A stretch of 64,000 nucleotides of DNA from Lytechinus pictus (taxonomy: Eukaryota): NCBI RefSeq assembly GCF_037042905.1, contig NC_087251.1, positions 48,176,001 to 48,240,000 of the forward strand. The letters are read 5' to 3'. Shown here piece after piece: positions 27,001 through 37,118 of this stretch. Both the position numbers and the translations under genes were made by a program. The notes under the pieces were generated by a model, which was given only the letters and a program-made list of their open reading frames with translations, did not search any database and was not told the origin of the DNA. Each line of letters opens with the position of its first letter. Position 1 is the first letter of the stretch.

Positions 27001-30000
27001 GAAATGAGCAACATGAGCATGGAATTAGCATGTAGACAACATCGGCAATAAAGCCAACACTACCCTTGCCCTCTTGAGGATCAACTCTATCCAACTCAAG
27101 ACAATAGCTTACTTTTCCCTCGTGAGACCACTTGTGGAATATACAGCACCAATCTGGGATCCATACACCGAGAGAAACATCTATAAGCTTGAGATGATCC
27201 AGAGAAGTGAGCTCTGCAAGATTCACCCTCAACAGACATCACAATACATCCAGTGAAACTGAAATGTTGAGGGAGCTGACTTGGCACTCACTACAGCAAA
27301 GGCGAGAAGTCCTCCGTCTGGTTCACTTCGTCAAAATGCACCACAACATTGTTGATTTCACCACTGCACCTTACATCACGCCTGTCCGGAGAGCAACAAG
27401 GCATGTCCATGCCCAAGGCTATCAGCTGCCTCTCTCTAGAACTGAACAGCACAGACAGTCATTCTTTCCGCGCACTATGAAGACATGGAATACCCTACCA
27501 CCTGACGTAATTTCCGCCCCATCAGTCGAGTCCTTCCGGCAGAGATTGATGGTGATGCAGGCAGCCTAAAATGCCAGCCATTGTTTTACTTGCACCTGTG
27601 ATTTTATTTTTGTTCAAATGCACCATCAAGCACACGCACCAGACACACAAATCGCCTGTATTATGAAGGACACAGGTCTACCCTGAAGAAGGAATTCCAT
27701 CAAATGTCAGGTATTTTTCGGAGCAATATTAATACACTATCCAACATGTGCTTTCCTGTGTTAGTGATTATCACCAGTCCAGAATTATCGGTTTTCAGCT
27801 AAAACTTCAAGATTTCACAAAGATAAGACATATGTTTATTTCAATGTACCAGATCTATAACATTGTGGCAATTAACCTTCTGTATCGTTCAGACAGCAAA
27901 ATACCAGGATTGGCACATCACGCTAGCTACCTCAAGTGTAGACCAAAAGCTTCGGTCTCTGTTATGTTGGTTGTTCAGCTGAACTCCGTTGGCTTCACTC
28001 ACCAAATACAGAGACCGAAGTTCTAGCGCGATCTGTACAGGGGACACAATGGCCATATGTTTATGTAGTAAATGTACTAAGTTCGGATAAAACAGGGAGG
28101 TGAAGTTGCGCGACAGCCGAGGTCAGTCACTGATTTTTTTCCTTTTAACTTGATTTTTCCCCGTTTTTTGGCAATTAAAGGCAAGAGGGAATATTAATTC
28201 GTATTTCGGTCGCATTAAATTTCAAAAGTTTTATTCATTAAAGACAAAAATTGAAGAGCCCCGACGGGGGGATTTAGCATTGAAAGTCCCCTAATGGTGG
28301 CTGCACGATAGCGAGCCGTCTGTGTACGAGGAGAAATTGAAAAAAATTGAAATAATTAATAAAAAAAACTCCTCGAAACAGACGGCTGCCAGCTGTCTAC
28401 CTCAAGTGATGTTCGTGCAGGCTCCACATCACTACCGCTACACTATGCTCCACCTACCTGAACATCAAGGTACAAAACCCGCTCGAATACTCCGAGTGGC
28501 AAAGGTGGGAAAAAATGCATAATTATTGTAAAAATTATACGTCGAAACAGCATCAAAAAGCTTACCGTAAACTGGGGTGACTTTGGACACAACAGAGAGA
28601 GGTGTTGTTTTGTTAAATAGTAATGTTGGTGATAATTACACTGTTAAAAAAAACCAAATTTTAAAGAAAACAAGTGGAACGCCTCTGGCAGTCTCGCCTG
28701 CATTACGCGATTTAATATAGCAGCAGTGCTAACTTTGAAAACTACAATAAAATAATCATTCACAAAAACACCATTCATATAATGACATAATACCACGTTC
28801 ATTGACCATAAATGACATTTGAACGGTGACTTAAGACTTGTCAACTACACCCATGTCCACATTTCATTCACTCTATCCATAAACTTTCAAAGTTATGATG
28901 GCAATTCAACAATTACCCCAACATGGCCTAAGTTTATTGACCTTAACTGACCTTTGACCTTGGTTTTGTGACCTGAAACTCACAGGGGATGTTCAGTGAT
29001 ACTTGATTACTCTTATATCCCAAGTTTTATGAACTAGATCTATAAACTTTCAGAGTTAGGATGGTAATTTAACAAATACCCCCAACACGGCCAAAGTTCA
29101 TTGACCTTTAATGACCTTTGACCATGGTCATGTGACCTGAAACTCGTACAGGATGTTCAGTGATTTTTGATTACTCTTATGTCCAAGTTTTATGAACTAG
29201 ATCCATAAAATTTCAGAGTTAGGATGGTAATTTAACAAATACCCCCAACACGGCCAAAGTTCATTGACCTTAAATGACCATTGACCATGGTCATGTGACC
29301 TGAAACTCGCACAGGATATTCAGTGGTACTTGATTAACCTAATGTCCAAGTTTCATGAACTAGATCCATAAATTTTCAAAGTTATGATGGTAATTCAACA
29401 AATACCCCCAACTTGGCCAAAGTTCATTGACCCTAAATGACCTTTGACCTTGGTCATGTGACCTGAAACTCAGGCAGGATGTTCACTCATACTTGATTAA
29501 CCTTATGTCCAAGTTTCATGAACTAGATCCATAAATTTTCAAAGTTATGATAGTAATTCAACAAATACCCCCAACTTGACCAAAGTTCATTGACCCTAAA
29601 TGACCTTATGATGTCATTTCAAAAACTTAACCTTCGGTTAAGATTTTGAAAATAATTCTCCCAACATGGTCTAAGTTCATTGACCCTAAATGACCTTTGA
29701 CCTTGGTCATGTGACCTGAAACTCAGGTAGGATGTTCAGTAATACTTGATTATCCTTATGGCCAAGTTTCATGAACTAAGTCCATATACTTTTCTAAGTT
29801 ATGATGTCATTTCAAAAACTTAACCTTAGGTTAAGATTTGATGTTGACGCCACCGCCGCCGCCGTCGGAAAAGCGGCGCCTATATGCAGGCGAGACAAAA
29901 AGGAGATTTTGCAGAAAGCAATAACAGAATCATTCTGTAAATTAAAAAAAAACAGGAATTTTTCTTCAATTTAACAAAACAGGTCTGTTAAAAAAGGGGA

Positions 30001-33000
30001 AAAGGGTCTTTTATTCAATGAAATCTGTAAGATTCCATGCACCAAATACCAATTTCCTGTAAGATTACGCAATCTGGTAAGATTACAGGTGTTCTCGAGA
30101 CTCTGCTGCAGGAACTTCTTTTATTAAAGGATAAATTTTCTAACAGTGTACATTTATATAGCGCTTCATATGTTGGTTTCTAAGCGCTATATAAATGTAA
30201 TTATATCCCTTACTTAAGATTGTTGTATTGAGAGTGTACACAAGGAGAAAAGGAATAGTTTTACTACGAAAAACGTTTGCCATGAATTAGTTCATTTTCC
30301 TTGATGACGTCACGCATAGTCCATTTTTTCCCTAGGGAAAAAGTGAACTATACATTTTTTGACCCCCCCCTACCTCGCGATTTGCGAGCTGTGCGGCGCG
30401 ATGCGAGCAGAGCGCTGCTCAGCAAAATGGTACTCTCCACTGCATGCCATGCGAAACTTTCGGCGAGCTGCACTAACCAGGTGCGCTCGCCGAACTGACA
30501 ATCCATACGGCAAGACTTATTATTTTCTCAACTTCTCAACGATTGTTCTATATTGACTTATTAAAAATCGGTTCGCTGTAAAATGGTATGAGTGGAAGGG
30601 ATATATAAAACAAATATACAATGACCCATTCTCGGAACAGGCTAAAACTATTCGCACTGAGGAACATCACATAGTACTATTCTCCCGAGGGCCATCGGCC
30701 CGAGGGAGAATAATACTATGTGATGTTCCTTCGATGCGAATAGTTTTAGCCAGATCCTCGAGTGTCATTGTATATTTGTATACTATCACCCCCATTACTA
30801 TATTAAACGAAACAACACCCCTCTCAGTTGTGTCCAAAGTCACCCCAGTTTACGGTAATTTTTTACTTTACACCCTAATTTCCCTCCATTTCCATCCTCC
30901 AGTTAGCCTAAAAATTGGGAATTTAGAGCCAACATCGAGTTCCTCACACTTACGCTCACTCACGCTTATTTCAAAACATCGCATGCGCATGCGTGAGGGT
31001 CTGAGCTCGGACCCTCGCACGTGCGATGTTTTGAAATCGGCAGCCAATTATTTATACACGCCGAACGTGTGAAGAACTCGATGTTGGCTCTAAATCATCA
31101 ATTTTGAGGCTAACCGGAGGATGGATATGGAGTGATATTAGGGTGTAAAGTAAGAAAATAAGCTTTATTCTTTTTTTAAGTCGTTTCGACGTATGATTTT
31201 TACAATATGCATTTTTTCCCACCTTTGCCACTCAGAGTATCCGAGCGAGTTTTGTACCTTGATATTCAGGTAGGTGGAGCATAGTGTAGCGGTAGTGAAG
31301 TGGAGCCTGCACGAACATCGCTTGAGGTGCAAGCTAACTTGATTTTAAAGACTTTCTCACAAAATAATCGTTTGTTGCAACTCTACTGTCGAGCTGTCTT
31401 GGCTTAACTTAAGTTTAAGTGCGCGTTCTCTTTCCGCACAAGTATGAAAATTTACTCTCCCTGCAATTCCAGACTACCCCCCCATGCCATAATTCATTAA
31501 TTGGCTTTGCCTTTGCTTTGTCAATCTTTCTAGTCTCGCAGTACTACCAGTACCAGTAGTATGGCAAGTTCCCCCAAGTCTGCGCAGTCCCCCTTGCATT
31601 GTCTGCTCACACAAGTATCTGCGCGATTCTCACTCACACGTATTGCGAGGTTAGTATTAGTATACTAACCTCACACCACGAACCGCGTTTGGCAGTGGAT
31701 TTCTAACTAGTGGGTCGCGCGTGCTGGGATCTCACTTCTTGGGTCCACAACACATGACTTCTATGGCTTGATTTTTCTGTGCGCGGCGGCATGTAATGAA
31801 CCCTTGGGTGCGCGATTCTAGTAAAAGAAGATATGCAACGAGCACAAACTTTACACATGCAACTGCAAGGCATAGACAGGTATTCATAAAAAAATCCAAC
31901 TCAAAATGGTGGAAAAATAATGAATTTAGGCCTTAGTTAGGGCATTTCATGTTACGACCTCAAAGTGCAGCCTTTCTCATCAAAATCCCTGAATCGTGTG
32001 CAAAGTGAATGAGTGCGCAGACACGGGGTACCATTTTTTTTTTCCAATCTGAAAATGACTGCCCAAGGTTTTTTCAAGAAAATCCTTAGTTTAATTTTCT
32101 TTCATTTTTTTAATGAGAAATTTGGTACACTTACTCTTGATAATATAAGGAACATTATTAAAGGAGAATGAAACCCTTGAAACCAGCTGAATCCATATCA
32201 AAGAGAAAAATCTAAGAAACATATTGTTGAAAGTTTGAGGAAGATTGAATGAATAATAAGAAAGTTATGAGCAATTGAATATTGAGATCACTAATGCCAT
32301 GTAGATCCTCCCATTGGCAATGCGACCAAGATCTGTGATGTCACACACGTACAACTCCCTCATTACTTTAGTACTTATTTCACTTATATTCTCATTTTTA
32401 TATATAGAGTCTATCACAAGGTGAGGTGTTCTCTTTATGAGAGGACAAGTACAGAGGTTTCACAACATTATCATTGATGAATCGTTTGTCACATCATTAG
32501 AATGAGCAAAAAGAGATGTTTTGGGGTATATTTTCAGTGTCCAAAAGGGGAGAGTTGTTCATCTGTGACATCATAGATCTTGATAGCATTGCCAATGGGA
32601 GGATCTCCATAGCATTAGTGATCTCGACATTCAAATGCTCATAACTCTTCTATTGCTAGTCCTATTTTACTCAAACTTTTGTTGATCTTATTCTTTGATT
32701 TTTCTGCTTTCACAAAAGCTAACTTGCTCCAAGAGTTTCATTCTCCTTTAACTGAAAGATTCTGTGAAATATGAAGAAATTCATGTTAAATCTTAACTTA
32801 AATTGTTAGGTGCGCAGACTTGGGGCCCACCATCATACCACAGCGGTGGCTTACTCACATACCCACCCGAACCTGCGGGTAGACCGCTCTCTCGTTTCCG
32901 AGCTCCGCTTCCGCACGAACGCACAGTCAGTATACGGTACCGGTACGGATACGGTACACACTCACGAAACGCGACATACCGTATGTTGCAAACAAATATG

Positions 33001-33083
33001 TTGATAAACATTCCATATCAACGGCTCTTTTCGAGGTGAAGCGATTTCCTAATACTTACCTGATCATTATCAAGGAGTACCAT
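17976..33083 (-). CDS. SRP14: Signal recognition particle 14 kDa protein, whole gene: complement join(33060-33083,24812-24884,23850-23971,22265-22297,17976-18071), 115 aa
   Basis: Spliced translation MVLLDNDQ/FLAELTKLFQKCRTSGSVYITMKQ/YYGQTKPKPKAAKGERVSVSDQSEHKCLFRATNGKKKLSTV/ISSKDVTKFQM/AYANVMKLNMDGLKKRDKRSAKSKSKTTKAT* matches the SRP14 pattern from memory (MVLL..FL.ELT.LFQKCRTSGSV.IT.K..KCL.RAT.GKKK.STV..SK.V.KFQ.AY....NMDGLKKRDK). All introns are GT-AG and phases are consistent (24+73+122+33+96=348 nt). Confidence 0.96.
18800..19175 (+). mobile_element. 3' end of an L2/CR1-group LINE (RT C-terminus plus 3' UTR)
   Basis: PTTWNNLPIDVHEAPSLELFKSLLKTHLF* followed by a tail ending aaagcgttttataaat..(tta)n. 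Confidence 0.75.
21033..21315 (+). mobile_element. tRNA-derived SINE
   Basis: A box GTGGTCGAGTGG (21041), B box GGTTCGAATCC (21086), body gcactcgacccaggtg..aatgggtacc and (TTA)n tail. Related copies at ~53600-53830 (-) and ~60300-60580 (+). Confidence 0.85.
22265..22297 (-). CDS. SRP14: SRP14 coding exon 4 (ISSKDVTKFQM)
   Basis: Acceptor tttcacttcacag, donor gtgagt; this 33-nt exon fills the expected gap in the protein. Confidence 0.93.
22737..22958. mobile_element. hAT-like MITE
   Basis: TIR CACTGGCGGATCCAGG..CCTGGATCCGCCCCTG; perfect 8-bp TSD CTTCAGGA. Confidence 0.88.
23850..23971 (-). CDS. SRP14: SRP14 coding exon 3 (YYGQTKPKP...KCLFRATNGKKKLSTV)
   Basis: Acceptor aatacag, donor gtaagt, 122 nt, phase compatible with exon 2. 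Confidence 0.95.
24812..24884 (-). CDS. SRP14: SRP14 coding exon 2 (FLAELTKLFQKCRTSGSVYITMKQ)
   Basis: Acceptor ttttgtttacccgcag, donor gtgagt, 73 nt; lies within ORF 24753..24959. Confidence 0.95.
25835..26520 (+). mobile_element. Degraded CR1/L2-group LINE 3' fragment
   Basis: Broken frames give LQKRAVKIV..HEYLTRNAANFQFPKIRT..KSIFFHG..WNSLP, followed by a T-rich 3' UTR with aataaa. Confidence 0.7.
27045..27695 (+). mobile_element. Frameshifted CR1-group LINE 3' fragment (RT C-terminus)
   Basis: LKTIAYFSLVRPLVEYTAPIWDPY..KLEMIQR, then in another frame ARFTLNRHHNTSSETEMLRELTWHSLQQRR..SFFPRTMKTWNTLP. Confidence 0.85.
28639..30148. mobile_element. CACTG-ended (EnSpm/CACTA-like) MITE with 2-bp TSD
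   Basis: TA|CACTGTTAAAAA .. TTTTCTAACAGTG|TA. Confidence 0.65.
28669..29901 (-). mobile_element. Helentron-associated (HINE/DINE-like) non-autonomous element with 163-bp internal tandem array
   Basis: Subterminal inverted repeats GTCTCGCCTGCA (28691) and TGCAGGCGAGAC (29885), short (GCC)n near one end, insertion into an A/T run. tgacctgaaactc recurs at 28969, 29133, 29296, 29459 and 29712. Confidence 0.7.
30203..30800. mobile_element. Hairpin-type MITE
   Basis: Long palindrome ~30610-30780 centred on cccgagggccatcggcccgaggg; tatatccctt (30203) mirrors aagggatata (~30596). Confidence 0.6.
32162..32747. mobile_element. TTAA-flanked Kolobok-like MITE
   Basis: TTAA|AGGAGAATGAAAC..GTTTCATTCTCCT|TTAA, with internal mirrored ccattggcaatgc/gcattgccaatgg. 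Confidence 0.85.
33060..33083 (-). CDS. SRP14: SRP14 coding exon 1 (MVLLDNDQ)
   Basis: Minus strand reads gtcgccATGGTACTCCTTGATAATGATCAG|gtaagt: good Kozak context and canonical donor. Confidence 0.92.
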
Positions 33084-33163
33084 GGCGACTTTTCAGTATT
33101 TTTCCTTTGGAACTTGGTTTAAAAATGAAAGAAATTTACGTCTGTCATGTGTCCTTTGTAATT

Positions 33164-33838
33164 GGGTGATTTCAAGTACGGTGTTCGGAGTTGGTGTTGG
33201 TGTTGAGAGCGTGAAAAGGCTGCTGAACCGAGCCCCAACACCGAGCTGAGTTCAGAGGAGCGATACCGATCGCGTTATCGATATCCTATGACGTCACGCC
33301 TCTGTGCTGCGCTGCTGATCATCTCAACTTTACGCAAGAAATTCTCGACGACGAAATTGAAATCGGGAATAAACTGCAATAAAATCTTATCGTACAGAAT
33401 GCAAAGGTTAAAATCACTGCAATAATCAGAAAGCATGAATATTATTTTTCACGAAAATGTGTAAAACTCTAATGATTTGCGCTCATCTTAAATGTAAAAG
33501 ATAATTTTACGGGGATGTTTCATCGTGTTCGCTGCCTGTTCGTGAGCTACAGTTCATCAACATCAACACCAACACCGAACTTGAAATCACGATTTTCCCA
33601 ATCCTTGGGGGTTGGTGTTGGTGAATGGGGAAATTGCACGTAGATCGTCAACACCAGCCGCAGTGCTGGGTTCAGCAGACGACATTCAACACCAGCCTTC
33701 AACACGAACTGCCGGAAATACGTCATATTTTCCGAGGTCAATCCCAACACCAGCCTGATTTCAAGTGCGGTGTTGTGGCTGGTGTTGGTGTTGTCACAAC
33801 ACCAACACCAGATTTCAACACCGTACTTAAAATCACTC
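33164..33838. mobile_element. PIF/Harbinger-like MITE in the SRP14 proximal promoter
   Basis: TIR GGGTGATTTCAAGTACGGTGTT..AACACCGTACTTAAAATCACTC, ATT on both flanks, internal TIR-like copies at ~33565-33590 and ~33757-33790. Confidence 0.7.
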
Positions 33839-35643
33839 ATTGTATACGTGTGATGTACACGTATGGTGTTCATAAAGGAAAAAATTAAGTGGAAAAAATA
33901 TATTTGCTTCCAGTCACCCCCCCCCCATCAAAGGGAGCATTAAGTGTGTTGAACTTGCTTTACTGATGACCCGAAAGGTATAACGTTTTCATTAAAAAAA
34001 TCATGACGAGGGTCGATAGTACATATTGTCAGTTAATAAACAATGCGAGCGCAAGTTCAAAATAATTTGCGATAATACCTGATCGAGAACAAATTATTTT
34101 CAGCACTTTTCAAAATCATAAATTTGATGCATACCTCACTAAAAATGATTTACTTCGGGTCAATGTGGAGCCTCTCACTTTGAGTTGGCAGCCCTAAGCA
34201 TGATAGGTCACTTTTTGCCTTAGTTTCGGTTCAATTATAAGCGCCCGTTAATTAACATTGCGCCCCTAAACTTAACCCCCCCCCCTCCGATTTTAAACAC
34301 CGAATTAAGGCCCCTAACTTAGTCAATTTGGGGCCCTAGTTTTAAAACCAATGTGGCGTCCTTTAACTTACGATACGTTTTCCCGTGCCCATTTTTTTCT
34401 CAATTTCTTTCACCTTTTCTTTTTCTTATTTCTTCTATTTTTTCTCTGGCTTTTCTTTCTTTCCTCTTTTCTCGCTTCTTTCCCCCGGCCTGTACGTAAA
34501 TTTCCTTCCTCTCTTTCCCTTTCCATTTTTTGTTGTACATTATCGCCTACCCGGAGAAGGATGGAGGCCGGGGGTTCATATGAATTTGTTGTGTTCACTT
34601 AACGCGCACCGTGGCAAATCCCCTATTCCGCAGTCAAAAACTTGACAAAATAGACCCATTTTCGGCTCTTTTAACTCATATCTCAAAAACCGCCCGAGAT
34701 TTTTCACGGGTAGTTCAAACGGTTTCTTAATCTTAGACTTGTTCTTCATCTCATGATATCTGTCATTTTATATTCTGATTAAAAAAACAACCGTGTTTTT
34801 TTGACTGAAAATACACAGTTTCTCGTGTTTTTGTGTGAGAGAAGCACTTTTTGCACTGTTTTGGGCTCGATCTTCTCTTACAGCGTCTGACTTTCGTATC
34901 AAAATGTCTCAGTTCAACGACTATCAGATAGACAGGTTGTAACTCTTTCTTGTGATATAAGGTTCAACCTAATTGGTTGAAAAAAACCGCCGTGTTTTTT
35001 AGGTCAAACTTTACAATCCAATGAACTTTTTTTGTATTTATCACGCATAATCTACGTTAATTGATTAGTCGCACTGCGCACGATTGTCTATTTTAGTATG
35101 CCTATCAACTCTTTATACTCTTTCCTCTCCTATCAAAAATTGAAAGGGGGTACAATATCCTCGTCCTAGATATAAGAAGAAGAGAACATTTCCTTTTCAT
35201 TACATGTAAAATCATGCCCATTCTTGAAAAAAAAAATTCGTCACTTCTAGGTTAAACTTTACAATGCAATTAACTTTTTTGTTCTTATCATGCACAATAT
35301 CCATTAATTGGTCGCACTGTGCTCGATTGGATTTTGGTATACGATGTTCAACCCACTGAACTAAAAATACGTGGAAGTCGTGTTCACCCAAGCAAAACAG
35401 CGCCGGCGAAATCGATAAGTCACGTGACCGCCGCCATTTTGCTAGGTCAATTGTTCGAGAGCGCGCCGTAGAAGGCAATTGAAAATATGTGCAAGATGCA
35501 ATATGTTTTCTCTATAAATATAAAATTAATAGTGTGGCAAAGTGTATTTTAATGTCATTAAGCCAATCATGTACAAACATATTTCTATATGCACAATGTA
35601 CTGGGACCTGGTAATTCATGTAGTTAAAAAAAAGGGTCTAAAT

Positions 35644-37118
35644 CAGGGTGACCAGATTTCACAAAATGAAATACGGGACAATCGCCTCATCAAAGAAGGC
35701 TACACGATGTTATACTTGTGAAAAAAATAAAAAGAATTGGAAGGGAGGGATAACGAAAGAATGAAGGAGAGAAAAAAAAGACGAAAGAAAAGAAATGAGA
35801 AAGAAGAAAGAACAAATGAAGGGGAAAATAAAAGCGGAAAGTTAGAATAATCAAAAGGATGATGAAAGAAAGAATAAAAGAGAAAAAAAAAGGTTTCCGT
35901 CATTCTTTGAATTCACCCAATATAGAAAGAAATAAAAAGAAAGAAAGGGAAGATGTGTGAAAGACAAAATAAGAAAAAGGAGGAGGAAACAAAGAATAAT
36001 GGAAAGAAAAATGTTTTTTTTTTCTTTGAAAGAAGTAAACGGGAAGGGAAAATGAAGGAAGGGGGAGGGAAAGAACGAAAGAATAAGGGGAAAGAAGAAG
36101 AAGGAAAAAAATAGAGAATGAAAGAAAGAATGAAAGAGAGGGAGGAAAGATTGAAGGGAGGAGAAAATAAAAAAAATAATGGAAGGAGAGAAAAAACGAA
36201 AAGAAAAAGGTGAGGAAGGGAGTAAATAAAAGTATAAGGAAAGAAAGAATGACGGAAATAAAAATGGCAGATACGGAGGAAGAAGGAAAGAAAGGAAATT
36301 AAAACACAGAAAGGATCAGGAAAGAAAGGTATGAAATATTAAAAGATGTAGATGGAACAAAAAAAAAAACAAGGATAGAAGGATGAAGGATAAAAAGGAA
36401 AGAGGAAAAAGTTCAAACTTCAAGCAAACAAAAGCAATCCAGTCATCTAACAGAAATGATAATGATAGTTGGTGTTTTTTTTTAATTTTGGAAAACTAAG
36501 TGGTTTAGAAATGAATAAAATTTCAAAGTGAAACATTGTCAACTTACAAATGAGAGGAAACAGCGCCGGCATCCTACACAACAAGACTCAAAAAGCTAAA
36601 ACAACTGCATGTAGATCCCGTTATGAAAACTAACAAAAACTTGTTCCTCCGATCCTATTAAATCAGTAATCTGAGAATTATGATCATAAAAATTTTCCAC
36701 CGATTTTGTGATTATTTTGGTGGAAAAACTGTTTATCATGTGAGATTGTTTGCATCATTATGCTCCGATCCTACATGCATAGAGCCTGTTTCACACACAT
36801 GCAGGCAATAATACTAACCTCGTACTAGTGTGAGTGACAGGCAGGAAGCCAGCTCGTTTGCAATGTATTTGGTTAGGATAAAAATCACCCACAAAACTTG
36901 CAAAAGTTTTAGTTATCGATTTATTGTTGTCTCTGCTTCGTCATTCTGTTTGGTTATGTGATGAAAATTCGTCACTTTTTAATTTATCAACTATATTTTG
37001 TTCAATATTCTAAAAATACGGGACAGATATGTCCCGGGAAGGGTTTGTCGGGACGCCGGGACAAATTAAGGAGCAAAATACGGGACGATCCCGGGAAATA
37101 CGGGACGTCTGGTCATTT
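35644..37118. mobile_element. hAT-like element nested in the 3.2-kb element
   Basis: CAGGGTGACCAGA start with aaatacgggac subterminal motifs, repeated at 37014-37107 before a degenerate end tctggtcatttg; TSD not recognisable. Confidence 0.55.
35715..36410 (+). repeat. Purine (GA/GAA)-rich low-complexity tract
   Basis: Directly visible; a second such tract lies at ~37560-38110. Confidence 0.9.

Larger units (their letters stand above)
28565..30855. mobile_element. pogo/Tc1-mariner-like non-autonomous element (TA TSD)
   Basis: TA|CCGTAAACTGGGGTGACTTTGGACACAAC .. GTTGTGTCCAAAGTCACCCCAGTTTACGG|TA; perfect 29-bp TIR. Confidence 0.85.
28399..31328. mobile_element. Outer fully palindromic MITE (about 640 bp when empty) hosting nested insertions
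   Basis: acctcaagtgatgttcgtgcaggctccac.. (28399-28560) is mirrored at ~31160-31328. 30860-31155 is a hairpin centred near 31003 (gagggtctgagctcggaccctc). No TSD identified. Confidence 0.8.

Noticed and set aside
28800..29830. CRISPR-like array (also considered for 44715-46326 and the X-box units)
   Set aside because: Eukaryotic context, units are homologous along their whole length with no unique spacers, and there are no cas genes.
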